This document shows, piece after piece, positions 1 to 13,546 of a stretch of 64,000 nucleotides of DNA; the stretch's first letter is position 1; each line of letters starts with the position of its first letter. Below the pieces are notes generated by a model. It was not told the DNA's origin, did no database searches, and saw nothing but the letters and a program-made list of their open reading frames with translations. Origin of the DNA: Octopus bimaculoides (taxonomy: Eukaryota); assembly GCF_001194135.2 (NCBI RefSeq), contig NC_068984.1, positions 41,206,289 to 41,270,288 of the forward strand, given 5' to 3'. Position numbers and translations under genes: made by a program.

Positions 1-150
1 TGGATGTTGGGGTGTCTAGTTGATTACATTGATTCCAGTGTTCAACTGGTACTTACTTTATCGACTCCAAAAGGATAAAAGACAGCATTTGAACTCAGAA
101 CGTGAAGACGGACGAAATACCGATAACCATTTTGCCAGCTCGCCGTCTAA
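1..150 (-). mobile_element. SINE family A, degenerate copy
   Basis: Reverse complement of the motif set shared by more than 10 copies in the window (gttctgagttcaaat, tttcatcc..gtcgataaa..agtaccagt). Confidence 0.7.
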
Positions 151-1016
151 AAAGTATTTAAGAATATAACAAAGCAGTTTACATTTCCTTCCTTCATACA
201 TTTTACTTATTGGCCAAAATTTTCAAATAAAATAGAGAAGTAGCGTGTTGTAGCCCACGACTTAAAATAGCCCAAAATGTAGTATCAATTATTCCAAACT
301 ACAAACAAAGCCAAAACAAAGAACAGAAAAGAAAAAAACGCGTTGTCCTGAAAAGTAGCTTAATGCGCTACTTGTAGCGCAACCCGATTCACAATAACAT
401 GTCTGACTCTATTTGTGTGTGTGTGAGAGAGAGAGTGTGTCTGTGCATGTATTTATATATGTGCATCTATGTACATATATTTGCATTTATTCACGTTTAT
501 TTGAAAATGTTAGCTTGTGGTTAGTAGACATGTGCTGCACACGTGCAATTTATTTGTGTCTGTGTGCAAACGTGCTGTGTAAATTATTGTTTTTAAGCGA
601 GCTGCGGTATAGCTGAGTTCCTAAAATACCTTCTGGTCGAGAAACTCAAGTGTTTCGTTTGGCTTTACACTTCCTGCTTAATTAAGGCATCGTTATTAAA
701 GTCTACCTTCTTTTGCTCTATTCTCTCTGCTCTGAACTAAGTCAATTTTCAAGGTATACCAAGCGTCATTTTCATATTGTTTCTTGGTTATTTTACTTTC
801 ATATAGGCTTGTTGTTGTATGTTGTAGTTGTTGTTGTATGTTGTTGTATGTTGTTGTTGTTGTTGTTGTTTAGTCCCAGGGTAGCCCTGATCGAGCAGAC
901 TAATGATCAAAGGTATTATAGCTGCGAAAATGAAATGTTTTATTCAAACACACACATACACACGCACATATACACATATACACATGAGTGTGTGTGTGTG
1001 TATGTGTGTGTATGTG

Positions 1017-1054
<38 letters not shown>

Positions 1055-1056
<2 letters not shown>

Positions 1057-1200
1057 AGTGTATGTGTCTGTTTGTCTTTGTGTTTTCTTCCACCACCAAC
1101 TGACGACTGCTACTGATGTGTTTCCGTTTCCGTAACCTAGCGATTCGGCAAAAGACACCGATAGAATAAGTACCAGGCTTTAAGAAATCAGTAAGCCTAG
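1055..1200 (+). mobile_element. SINE family B, 3' part
   Basis: cgtaacctagcgattcggcaaaagacaccgatagaataagtaccaggc matches the 3' body of the copies at 27.5 and 54.4 kb. Confidence 0.6.
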
Positions 1201-2100
1201 GGCATCATCAACGAAAATCTATTGCCTGTCATCTCCATGTGTCGAAGTCAACGATGCGGTGCACGAAGACAAAGGAATATATCCTATGGTAGGTGAAGAG
1301 AGCAGCTCATGTCCGATAAGACCCAGGAGATCTGTGTAATCCGTTCAAAGTACTTGCTGCTCGCTAAACAAACTCAAGGACTCTCAACGACAAGCTCTGC
1401 TTCTTCTCAGATGAGAAGAATTTTATCCAACATCAAAAAGTGAACTGGAAGAATGACAAATAGCTCCAATGTTATGCACTATGACGGTCTTGGAGGCTGT
1501 AGGCAATGAGGGCCATGCCATCCCGACTCACTTTTCCCTACACGGTCTTAGGGTCAATGCAGTCATCTATATCGAAACAATGAAGATTGTTGTCAAGACC
1601 TGGATCGAGAGAGTTGCTCGCAGCAGACCGTACGTATTCTAACAAGGCTCAGTTCTTTCCTTTCACACAGCCTGCACGATCCAGGAGTGGATGGCTAAAA
1701 TTTTCATGATCTTGTTATCCCTAAAATTTGGCCTCCTAGCTCTCCCTATTTAAAAGCCCATGACTTCTACGTCTGGGGTGTTATTGAGAGAGAAACCAAC
1801 AAACATGCCCATAATACCAAAAACATGTTGGTGTCTGCTAATAAAGACGTTATGGCCAACATGAATAAAGATTACCATATCAACGCATTTGGCCGTTTCA
1901 AAAGCCGTATCTAAGCTGTAATCGAGGCTGATGGAGGTTTTATTGAATATAATTTTACTATGTGCATATAGGAACATGTGTAAAAATATGTAAAAATATG
2001 TGTACCAGATTCCATAAAAATATATTGGTTTTTCTAATAAATATTTTTGTTTTACTTAGACTAAAATTTTGTTCTCAAATAGCTGACGCAACATGTATGT
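1200..2100 (+). mobile_element. Tc1/mariner transposase relic, maT/DD37D-like
   Basis: Broken frames give SDEKNF, YVF*QGS (QQD position mutated), WPPSSPYLKAHDFYVWGVIERETN and RI*AVIEADGGFIE. D2-D3 spacing is about 37-38 after one frameshift. Ends ...caacatgta. Confidence 0.8.
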
Positions 2101-2167
2101 ATAAAGCTATGTTTAGCTTGGACCTGCTAGCGGATTATTCTGCCAACTAGAGACAAGCCGTACATAT

Positions 2168-2322
2168 CTAGTTGTTACTGATGTTTCATCTCATTTCAAC
2201 CCTGGTTGAGCAGACTTACGATCAAAAGCATTCCAGTCGTGACCTTATTCGACCACGATAAGAATCTCTAATCTCTAAAGGTCATTGAACTTGCAAAGAC
2301 AGTCTAATCTCCCTCAAATTAC
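2168..2322 (+). repeat. Interspersed repeat family D fragment
   Basis: caaccctggttgagcagacttacgatcaaaagcattccagtcgtgacc is shared with about 870-915, 9790-9960(-), 21735-21815(-) and 25905-26145. Confidence 0.45.
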
Positions 2323-3490
2323 ACCCTATGAAACAAGTAACCAAGTTGACCCAAGTAACCATACATATCCAATTTAGATCTTTCATACTCTTGCACAGTG
2401 CTTTGTCTCCTGTTGTGTTTCGATGTTCTAGTGTAGCTGACACAGCTGAAGACTCCAAGAACACATTGCCTTTTCTGCTTCAAACTTTATGGAATTCATA
2501 TAAAATTCTTTTTGGAGAGGTAAACAAAAGTGGTGTAGACAGTCTCACCTCCTAGATGTATTACCAAAAATGGCTGAGCTTGGCAACAAAGTATAGTATT
2601 AATGTACGTTTTGTATGTTATTTATATTTTCATAAAAAAATTTATATTCTATAAATATTTCATTCATAATTTAACTCATCCATTTAATAATATACATTTT
2701 TGCTTGAATTTTATTTATTCATTTACATATTTTATGTTTATCTTCAGTTAGATCACATTTCAGAAGTTTGTTTCTCTTAAATTTGCATATTTTTCTTTAG
2801 TTTATATTTACATTTGATTTTAATTTATAATTTTCATCAAGAGTTTAATAATGGCAAATAAAAAAAAAAACTATAGCAATAACAATCACAACAGAAACGA
2901 CAATACAAATAATAAAGCAACCACACACCAACAACAACACCAATAATAATAATAATGATGATGATGATGATGCTGATGATGATGATGATGATAATCCTAT
3001 TCAACACAATTACTTCCATACTCTCTATTGCTCCTATCATTACTGTCATCATTATTATCATTAATATTTCATCTCTATTTTTATTTTACTATTTGTTTAC
3101 ACAGTGTGGGAAGATGAAAAGTTCTCTTTTCATCAAGGGTGAAGATTTCGGATATTAAGTAGTTGCCTCAGATGTTTGGTAGTTGCAAGCATTGCAGTTT
3201 TCAATATTCTGCTGTAGCTTAATTTTGAGTGTAATTATTTTAGGTAAGATGGAGTCTTTCTTAAGAATTAATGTCGGTGTTCAAACCAATACTACTAACA
3301 CACTTGTTTAAAAGTTTGGATCCGTCAGGAATTCTCTGGAAGTCTTGGCAATTAATATAGTATTCCCTAAGTACAGCTTGTTAGTTATCTAGAATATTTT
3401 CAATTGCATATTGCTATAACCCCACGGAGATGTATAATTCTAATATCAGAGACGTATAATTCTAATTGTTTCTAATATAGATACAAGGCC

Positions 3491-3712
3491 TAAGGCGACG
3501 AGCTTGCAGGAATAGTCAGCACGCCGAGCAAAAGGCTTAGCAGCATTTCGCCCATCTTTACGTTCTGAGTTCAAATGCTGCTGGGGTCGACTTTGCTTTT
3601 CATCTTTTCAGAGTCAATAAAATAAGTACTAGTTGAGCACTGAGTTCGATTTAATCGACTTTGCCCAATCCCCGAAATCGCAGGCCTTTTGCTAAAATTT
3701 GAAACCAATATA
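3491..3712 (+). mobile_element. SINE family A
   Basis: aaggcgacgagcttgcaggaat...gttctgagttcaaat...gactttgcttttcatc...ttgaaaccaata. Confidence 0.8.
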
Positions 3713-4089
3713 GTTACAAGGTCCGAAATCTGAAGTACGGGTTATCCGGTTGAATCGACTTGACTAACACCTTATTTTATCAAGCCTGGTGGGAATAAAG
3801 GCAGCGTTGGCTATTTTCAAAAGTATTTATAAGTATTGTGTCTACTGAGGTAACAACATATACACCTTGCCTCAAATAGATTTAACAGATTAAAAACAAT
3901 TATCAGAAAAGAAAATGGAAGAAAATGCAGAAACGAAAATGCAGATACTCATGTATCAAGTATCATTCGCAACTTGATACATAAAATGACGCTATCCAAT
4001 ATTCTAACAATAGCATTACTCGCGTTGTGAACTAGAAAGAATCTCTGAACGTAGGTCGGTTCCAGAAAATAATACGTGTAAAGGATATC

Positions 4090-4770
4090 TTATGTGCCAC
4101 AAGAGACAATGCTTTCTTGCTTGAGGAACTCTTTCAAAAGAAAAAAAAGAAAAAGATTTCCACATACCCACAAAAGAACAGCTAGAAGCTCTGCTTGATG
4201 TATTGGAGTGATAACTGTTCCACCATCTGGAACAGGACAATTGATCCTGTATGACTGATCTTTGAACTCGAGAATGAATTGAGGCGACAAGTAGAATTGG
4301 TGCATCCGATTTGTATCTCGAGTATCCATATATTGCGACACAAGCCGCAATATATAGATACACGAAATACACGAAATACAAGACCACAGTTGGAGATATT
4401 GGTAGTGATGTTGGTCCTTCATTCGTCCATACCTTTATCGCACAATACGGACAGGTGTCAGAGTGGATGTGACAAGTAGTAACATCTGGTCGGATGGGGT
4501 CTGTAGGACATGCTAGTCCTAATGATCTTCGAAAACAATAGAACTGTGGAGGCATAAAGGGAAAAATCGACTAGTGGTGTTGGACAGATACTCCAGTTGC
4601 TATACTTGTGACAGTACGACCCACTTGAGGGCTTCATACCTAAAGATCTTGAAAAACTCAGAAGAGAAAAATGGCAGTCCACAGCAGAGGGAGCAACAAC
4701 AATATCTAGCCCTAGAACACCACCGTTCATTGGGTCTTGTTGCAAATGTGCATCGGGGTAACTGAAACAC
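4090..4770 (+). mobile_element. L1/Tx1-type ORF1 relic (RRM-like segment plus CCHC knuckle)
   Basis: TVGDIGSDVGPSFVHTFIAQYGQV followed by KTIELWRHKGNRLVVLDRYSSCYTCDSTTHLRASY (C-x2-C-x4-H-x4-C with last C changed to Y); multiple stops and frameshifts. Confidence 0.5.
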
Positions 4771-4984
4771 TATCAAGTCTTTGTGGGACCGCCAAAAGCG
4801 CTAAATATCTAATTCTAGGCTGATGTTGAAGGTTTTCCCGTCTACACTTTTGCAAGACTGTTTGGGTGGTGTGATGAATTGGACATGATATCTGCCTTGA
4901 CTTTTTTCATATATCCCTTTGGAAGAAGTGGAGAAATGCAAAAATCTGTTTATTGTATATGTACATTCCAAAATATTCTTCTAT

Positions 4985-5200
4985 TCTTTTACTTGTTTCA
5001 GTCATTTGACTGCGGCCATGCTGGAGCACCGTCTTTAGTCGAATCAAATCGACCTCAGGACTTATTCTTTGTAAGCCTAGTACTTATTCTATCGGTATCT
5101 TTTGCCGAACCGCTAAGTTACACACCAGCGTCGGTTGTCAAGCGATGTTAGGGGGACAAACACAGATACACAACATATACACATGCATACATATATATAT
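4985..5200 (-). mobile_element. SINE family B, 3' half (5' part lost in gap)
   Basis: tacttgtttcagtcatttgactgcggccatgctggagcacc...gccgaaccgctaagtta, near-identical to 54350-54560. Confidence 0.8.
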
Positions 5201-7376
5201 NNNNNNNNNNNNNNNNNNNNNNNNNNNNNNNNNNNNNNNNNNNNNNNNNNNNNNNNNNNNNNNNNNNNNNNNNNNNNNNNNNNNNNNNNNNNNNNNNNNN
5301 NNNNNNNNNNNNNNNNNNNNNNNNNNNNNNNNNNNNNNNNNNNNNNNNNNNNNNNNNNNNNNNNNNNNNNNNNNNNNNNNNNNNNNNNNNNNNNNNNNNN
5401 NNNNNNNNNNNNNNNNNNNNNNNNNNNNNNNNNNNNNNNNNNNNNNNNNNNNNNNNNNNNNNNNNNNNNNNNNNNNNNNNNNNNNNNNNNNNNNNNNNNN
5501 NNNNNNNNNNNNNNNNNNNNNNNNNNNNNNNNNNNNNATATATATATATATATACATATATATCATATATAATATGCATACATATAAATATATAATATAA
5601 TATATATTTTATGCATGTATGTGTGTATATATGTATGTATGCATGAATGTATGTATGAGTACATATTCGTATATGTATGGTATTTATCTTTGTATAGATG
5701 TATATATGTCTGTATGTAATGTCATGTGCGTATTATATTCCCGTCCTTTATTATTGTTTTCATTTTACCTCTGTTTTTTTCTTTGACATATCTCACATTG
5801 CAAACTTTGCTTTGACTCCCTAGTCACGATTCTTTATTCATTTGACCTAATTAAGCAATCATTATCTATTTAGATATGATCTTGCAAAAGACCGAATGTC
5901 CTTCTAGTATTTTAATAACGTAATGATATTCTGTTTGAATATTGACAACGTCAGTCATTTATGCATGCAATGTCAGTTTAGTATATATTTCTAATTAGTT
6001 TAGCATGACAAGATTCGGTAGCTAATTAAATGACGAGACAAATGTATTTTCTCTTGTATTTTTCGCACTAGTTTATACTTGATTTTAACTGAAAAAGAAA
6101 AAAAAAACTGGGGTACAAGTTATAGTCGGGACAAAGCTAAAACTACGAAAGAAGACAAATTTGTGCCAAGAGTTAATATTAAATTAGGAATGTGACACAT
6201 ATACGAGTAAGTACGGTAATAATAATTAAGATAGTTCTGGAGATGAGTTTGACATTTATCTATTGTATTCGGAGAAATTAAGATAATTGCCAATCACATA
6301 CTGCTTAAAATACGAACCACATACTGCTTAAAATTGACCATCTTTCATTCCTTGTGCCATCAAATTGAAGAACGATTCCTTCGTGATTTCTTTGCCAAAT
6401 ATTATGTACTTAAGGAAATTTTGTGGAAGACCACAAATATGGTTCTTCGCTGCCTATAATCTTATTTTATTTTCACAAAATCTATATTACTGTTCATAAA
6501 AGAGTGGGTGAGCGAGAGAGAAAGAGAGAGAGAGCAGAATCTTCCTTCACTAGTACCAAATGCTTGGCTCGTACGCTGCACTAATGAAGAACTTGGTATT
6601 TTATTCATTGACTCCAAAGTGATAAAACTAAAGTTGGCCTTGACTGACTCGAACTCAGAGTGCAGGGAAAAGGAACAAATGCTACCAAAACATTCTATCT
6701 GACCTCAAACGACTCCTTTTAAGTTGTCGTCTTACTCAATCGACCATAAACTTTTTTTAAATCATCAAACGATTAAGAAATGTGAGTTTGTGTACATCCT
6801 ACCATTTAGATTACCGAATGAGCCCAAAATATGTAAAAGTTATTCAACTTTCCTCATTGTATTGTTAGAAGCTATCACCCTTTCCTTTTGGGTTTGTTAT
6901 TTTACTTTTTCAATATTGGTTTTCAAATAATTTTGTCAGAATTCTACATATAATGACGACTGAAAAACGAATGTCATACTTCATCGGGTAATTGGAGCAC
7001 TAAATCGGTAATTGTATGTCTCATAACCCATTGGCTTGTTAAGTCTCTATGAGTCATTTAAGGGTTGGAAAGAATGCTCGTTGTATTAGTTCCGACTCTC
7101 TATACTCTGAGCTCAAATCCCACCGAGGCGAGCTTAGCCCTGCTCCTTTCAAGGTCGATAAAAAAAATTACCAATCCAGCACAACAGATTGGCGGAACTG
7201 TAGAAACGTCGGACCATATATTTTGCGGTATTTATTCCGGCTCTTTGTTCTAGGGTCAAATTTGTCGGCCTGGCATGCTTGGGTTGATAGACTAGCTCTC
7301 GTTGCGCCCGGTTTAACACCATATCAGTGGATTCTGTTCTACTGCAAGCATTCAGGCCATCCGCTTTTGAGTATAC

Positions 7377-7476
<100 letters not shown>

Positions 7477-7782
7477 CACGAACACATCCATACACACATA
7501 CACACAGAGTCTGAGATACCCTGTAAAATGGTCATGAGCACTGCCTTCTCTCCTAACCGTGAGCTTTCATAAAAAAAAAAACATTTCACTTATTGAACTT
7601 AAAGTAGTTATATCTTTTTGTACTATTTTATTCAAATCTATATTTATATGAGGAATTGGATTTAGTTCTACCGATTTTAATATATTGGATGTGAACGAAC
7701 ACGGGATAGTTCTAATGACAGGAATCGAACCACTGATGTTCCGGCAAGTTAGACATTGCATTACTAGCTCAGTGCAGTTTTA

Positions 7783-7985
7783 GCTCGGTGAGCTGGCAGA
7801 ATCGTTAGCACGCCGGGCGAAATTCTTAGCGGTATTTCGTCTGAGTTCAAATTCCGCCGAGGTCGACTTTGCCTTTCATCCTTTCGGCATCGATTAAATA
7901 AGTACCATTTACGCACTGGGGTCGATGTAATCAACTTATTCCCTCTCCCAAGCTACCCTTGTGGCAAAAACTTGAAATCATTATT
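7783..7985 (+). mobile_element. SINE family A
   Basis: ggtgagctggcagaatcgttagcacgccgggcgaaat...tgagttcaaattccgccgaggtcgactttgcctttcatcc; tail begins ttatt. Confidence 0.85.
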
Positions 7986-8350
7986 AACTCTCAGAGTGCT
8001 ATTGTAGTGTCTTGTATGCTCTTGCGGTAACTACATGACATTTGTAACATTCATCACCAAAATAGATGCCTACAAGGAAACAATTATTTTACTAAAAGAC
8101 GTTACTAGAACTTCTTAGAAACGAGACTTCATCTGACCAAGTTGATAGAATACCGATATACCGATCGAAGAGCCAAAAGTTCTATTCCATCACCGATCTA
8201 GTACGGTCCCCGACAGAACCAATTCTCAGTGACCCAGTTTACCTAGCTGTAATTTGGTATCATATAACGTATGAAGGTCGTTTCACTGCTGAAAGTTAAC
8301 TGTGCTTAATTAACTTGAAATATACCCTACGGATGATGTTCAGTCTCAGT

Positions 8351-8571
8351 ATTCTTTTCTACTCTAGGTACAAGGCCCGAAGTTTGGGGGGAGTGGGGGA
8401 GGGGCAATCGATTAGATTGACCAGTTCGCAACTGGTATTTAATTTATCGACCCCGAAAGGATGAAAGGCAAAGTCGATTTCGGCGGAATTTGATCTCAGA
8501 ACGTAAAGACAAACAAAATACCGCTAAGCGTTTCGCCCGGCGTGCTCAGGTTTCTGCCAGCTCACCACCTT
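8351..8571 (-). mobile_element. SINE family A
   Basis: Full-length reverse copy (ggatgaaaggcaaagtcga...gctcaccacctt). Confidence 0.85.
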
Positions 8572-10167
8572 GTTCAGTCTCAGTATTAAGACCAATAACT
8601 CGTTATTCTAAAGAAAGAACAATAGGAAAACGAAAGAAGCAAATGCATCTCTGTCGGTTTCGACGATGAGCATTCCATTGTCTGATCAATTGAATTACCT
8701 GCTCATTGAATTAACGTGTAAATGGTTGAGTATTCTACAGACTTATCTACCATTAACGTAATTGTTAAATGGAATCAATGCGTTAGATGTGTATCAAGGC
8801 TGGACTTTTGAACTACAAGTACAGTCCATCTTTAGCGTCTCCTTATCTAAAGCTACTCACAAAGCCGGAGTCAACCTGAGGTAATGGGAAAAGGCACTTG
8901 CCCTAATTCCACACTGTGGAACCGAACCTGGGATCTCGTGGTTGGGAAGCGAACTTCTTAACCATTCGGTTATGCTGCGCCCGGACAGAACAATACATCA
9001 CTTCAGTGTATCTTACAATCCGGCCTCCCAATGGGTAATGTCAGTTTAGTTTATTTTAGAATTAGAGGGGTTTTTTTTATTTCTATATTTTTATTTGTAG
9101 TTTGTGCCATCCGAGATTTCTTGAAACAATAAACATACATGTACTTTTGAGCTGATGGAATTGAAATTAACCATGTTCCGAGAAGACAAAAGCACGAGGG
9201 AAAAATGTAGGTGATATTTAACACTGTCGATTGTTATTATATAAAGTTTCTGAAAACATTTAGTTTGTTTGCAAAGTGTGATAAGATAAAGAATCAAGTC
9301 TGTCTATTTGAAATACTTTGGTTGTACAGTAAAATATTTAAAAGAAATTAGAAAACTGTGATGTTATGACGTCTATGCTTTTCAATAGGACATTGGCTTT
9401 GAGTAAAATGTACCTAGAACCGAGAAATAAAGTTTGTTTTGGGATAGTTTTTTACGCTATTCTTTTTAAACTAGATCTTCTATTTGCCATTTATAAACAA
9501 AATTACTTTGTATCTTTCGCTTACTTGACAAGGCTTGCAACTCGGCAGAGAAAAACAAAATTTGTTTTTATTCTAAGAAGTATCATAGGAGTGAAAGGAA
9601 AGCCTGGAGGGGAATTGAGACACTATTGCCAAAAATGTGGCGTTCATTGACCCACTCTTTGGCAGTAGAACAATATAAAATAAAAACAAAATATGAATAG
9701 CTTTATATTACATACAGAAAATTATAGTACTAGTGTTAAGTTCTGAACTGACTAATAAACAGAGCTAAGAAAACCAACCTATATTGGGCTAACGAGGACC
9801 GCTCAGCTCTACACGGAAGGCAGAGTTGTATGTAACAGCTGCCAAATATCACAGCCAACCACCTTAAAGAAGGAAATACTGAATAACTTAATCTTTATAG
9901 TTGGACTTATCTAAAATGCTTTGATCAACGCCTACTTTTTCAGAGTTGATCTGCAATAAACAACATCAATTGATACATATTTTCTACTTGACTTATAGAA
10001 TCGCTGAAATAAAAGACGGCGATAAACTGTTGAAATGTTACATGGAAATTTGCCTTTCATAAAGAGTCTTCAGAATGTATCAACTGGGTAAAACTCATCT
10101 CTATAATAATTGAAGAGTGATTCGATTCTTCTAATACTGCTAAAAAAGAAAATGAAGGATACGAACT

Positions 10168-10211
<44 letters not shown>

Positions 10212-10789
10212 GTGTGTGTGTATGTGTGTGTATATATANNNNNNNNNNNNNNNNNNNNNNNNNNNNNNNNNNNNNNNNNNNNNNNNNNNNNNNNNNNNNN
10301 NNNNNNNNNNNNNNNNNNNNNNNNNNNNNNNNNNNNNNNNNNNNNNNNNNNNNNNNNNNNNNNNNNNNNNNNNNNNNNNNNNNNNNNNNNNNNNNNNNNN
10401 NNNNNNNNNNNNNNNNNNNNNNNNNNNNNNNNNNNNNNNNNNNNNNNNNNNNNNNNNNNNNNNNNNNNNNNNNNNNNNNNNNNNNNNNNNNNNNNNNNNN
10501 NNNNNNNNNNNNNNNNNNNNNNNNNNNNNNNNNNNNNNNNNNNNNNNNNNNNNNNNNNNNNNNNNNNNNNNNNNNNNNNNNNNNNNNNNNNNNNNNNNNN
10601 NNNNNNNNNNNNNNNNNNNNNNNNNNNNNNNNNNNNNNNNNNNNNNNNNNNNNNNNNNNNNNNNNNNNNNNNNNNNNNNNNNNNNNNNNNNNNNNNNNNN
10701 NNNNNNNNNNNNNNNNNNNNNNNNNNNNNNNNNNNNNNNNNNNNNNNNNNNNNNNNNNNNNNNNNNNNNNNNNNNNNNNNNNNNNNNNA

Positions 10790-10983
10790 TATGTTTTTTA
10801 ATCGAAATCTTTTAATTGACAATAAACCTATTTGTTAAAAACTGTTAAATATATAAATGTAAAAATATATGTTATTTTAAGCAAATATTTATGTATAAAT
10901 TTCATAAGCGTTTATAAGGGGGTTCCTAAGGTAAAGCCTGAAATATAAAGGGGTCCGCAAGTCAAAAAGTTTGAAGACCCCTG
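10790..10983. mobile_element. hAT/Charlie-type MITE, right end
   Basis: Ends tttgaagacccctg, followed by atctagaa (nTCTAGAn-type hAT target). Same terminal motifs as 37811-38158. Confidence 0.55.
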
Positions 10984-10990
10984 ATCTAGA

Positions 10991-11228
10991 AGACCTGCCA
11001 CAAGCGTCACACCCGTAAATATGAAGAAAATTTGTTAGCATGTGCACAAGAATCGTCGGAGGACCTTCAACGACATTTTGCTGATGTTGTTGGTTTGTCG
11101 CATGGGTCGGTGCTGGCAATCCTAGCACCTGAATTGAACGTGCGGCGTGCCTCTGCCAAGTTTGTACCCTGCTTGCTGACCACTGAGCAGAAAGAACATC
11201 GCGCCGAAGTCTGTCAAGGTCTCCGCTA
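10991..11228 (+). mobile_element. mariner transposase fragment (second HTH and linker)
   Basis: VGLSHGSVLAILAPELNVRRASAKFVPCLLTTEQKEHRAEVC matches the mariner L.MRRV.AKFVPRLLT.EQK motif. Confidence 0.8.
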
Positions 11229-11258
11229 GCAAGGCGGGTTATGCTGGCAGGAAATAAA

Positions 11259-11272
11259 TCATCATCATCACC

Positions 11273-11338
<66 letters not shown>

Positions 11339-11489
11339 GTCATCATCATCATCGTCATCATCATCATCGTCGTCATCATCATCATCGTCGTCATCATCAT
11401 CATCGTCATCGTCATCATCGTCATCATCATCATCATCATCATCATCGTCATCATCATCATCGTCATCATCGTCATCATCATCATCGTCG

Positions 11490-11537
<48 letters not shown>

Positions 11538-11550
11538 CCATCACCATCAC

Positions 11551-11598
<48 letters not shown>
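11259..11598. repeat. (CAT)n trinucleotide array, about 340 bp
   Basis: Direct reading; CGT and CAC variant units. Source of the poly-M and poly-S ORFs. Confidence 0.95.
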
Positions 11599-11778
11599 TT
11601 AAGGCGTCACACAGTATCCAATATCGTGATGTTGATTGCAGATATTGTGTCTACTGGAGGTTTGTACTGTCTGTCAAGTCGCAACAAGGACTTCAGACAG
11701 ACAGTAGTGAACATGTTACCTATTTACGTGAACATGTTACCTATTTACTGCCAGGCAGGTTAAGCTGGCAGGAAATAA

Positions 11779-11835
<57 letters not shown>

Positions 11836-11836
11836 T

Positions 11837-13112
11837 ATTGCCTTTGCACAGCTTCTAACGCTGGAAATGTACTACGGTGCCAGCTGTTCACAACCAGTGA
11901 ACTAAGGTAACACCCCTTATTTTTCGAGCACCTTCCGGAGTATTCGAGCGGTTCCAAGCAGTGCTGTTTTCTGCAAGTGCTCCACCTTTATTGCAGCCTC
12001 TATTTGTGCCATGTATTTCTCAAGATTTTTACTCACTGTTCCCAGGGCTCCAACAATTATTGGTACTACTACCACCTTTTTCATCGACCACAACTGCTTA
12101 ACCTACCAAGCTAACCTGTCATATTTATCGACTTTCCTGTTTTCCTTATCGCGTACCTTGTTGTCAGCTGGGCATGCTATATCTATGACCCAGCATCGTT
12201 TGCTTTCTTTCTCAATTAGCACTATGTTTAGTTTCTTATTCTCTATCTCATGGTCGCACAATCATAAAATCTTATAGAATCTTGAAATATGCAGTGATGA
12301 CCTTGACTTTCATTTCTTTGTGCAATATATTGTCCAGTTCCGGGATCCCAAGGTACTTGTACCCGTCATTATCCGAGTTTTCCATTCTCACTCCGTTTGG
12401 CAATTCTATGCCCTTACAATTTACTCTTTCCCCCTGCTTCAAAGTAAGCACCGCACACTTCGAGATACCGAATTCCATCCCTATATCCTTGCTGTACATT
12501 TTCACAGTCTCAACCAGCCTCTCCATTTCAGGCTCTGTTTTCGCGAAAAGTTTTAAATCATCCATGAAGAGAAGGTGGTTGGGACGAGGTACATTCTTTC
12601 TCAGCTCATAGTGCACGTTGATTTTACGTAAGACTACAGAAAGTGGGATCAAGGCTATAACAAATAACAGAAGTGAACAAGAGTCTCTTTGGAAGATACC
12701 TTTTTTGATTGTTACCTCGGCTAAGTGCTGGTTGTTACAGAAAAGACGTGTTTCCCAGCTTGGCATGCTGTTCTTAATCAGTGCACACACGTTCTCAGCT
12801 ATTCTACACTTGTCGAGTGTTTCTAAAATCCACGAATGTAGCAACATGTCATAAGCCTTTTTGAAGTCTATCCAGACCATGCATAAGTTTTGTTTTTTTC
12901 TTTTTGGTACCGTTTACAGTTCTGCATTATAACCTTGTCTATCACAAGGTTGTCATTGGTGCCCTTGGATCCTTTTCGGCATCCCTTTTGTTCTACTGGT
13001 AGTAGATTGTTTTCTGCAAAGAACGTATATATTTTCTCTGCGAGGGGACCTGTTACTACCTTCCATAGGAGGTTAAAGCAAGCAATGGGTCGGTAATTGC
13101 CAACCTCATTGC
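11837..13112 (-). mobile_element. R4/Dong-clade non-LTR retrotransposon, 5'-truncated and internally deleted (RT plus RLE)
   Basis: RT motifs NYRPIACFNLLWK, WIDFKKAYD, GIFQRDSCS, HLLFMDDLKLF and YKYLG. RLE segment IDIACPADN..KE..KVDKY, PIIVGALGTV and LQKTALLGTARILRKVL. The 3' UTR ends in (TAA)n. Confidence 0.9.
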
Positions 13113-13520
13113 ACGCCAGAATCTTTAGGGCGCCGGGCAAAACGCTTAGAGGTATTTCGCCCATCGCTACGTTCTGAGTTCAAATTCCGCCGAGGTCAAC
13201 TTTGCCTTTCATCCTTTCTGGGTCGATAAATTAAGTACCAGTGAAACACTGGGGTCAATGTAATCGACTATACCTCTGCCCCAAATTTCAGGCCTTGTGC
13301 TTTTAATAGAAAGAATTATTTTAGCACGCCGAGTAAAATGCTTAGCGGCATTTCGTCCGTCTTTACGTTCTGAGTTCAAATTCCACTCAGGTCGACTTTG
13401 CTTTTCATCCTTTCCAGGTGTCGATAAAATAAGTACCAACTGAGCACTGGGGTCAATATAATCGACTATCCCCTCCCCCCAAATTCCATGTCTTCTGCCT
13501 ATAGCAGAATGGATAATCCT
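13113..13520 (+). mobile_element. Two tandem SINE family A copies
   Basis: Two successive gttctgagttcaaattcc..gactttgc.tttcatcc units, followed by (TTA)n. Confidence 0.9.
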
Positions 13521-13546
13521 TATTATTATTATTATTATTATTATTG

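Noticed and set aside
6020-6090. Strong minus-strand acceptor with a basic peptide, initially read as polybasic plus CaaX
   Set aside because: Recounting the A-run shows the CLVI ending is out of frame.
7700-7775. tRNA-like sequence (GGTTCGATTCC on the minus strand)
   Set aside because: No cloverleaf; most likely a decayed SINE head. No true tRNA, rRNA or CRISPR array was found in the window.
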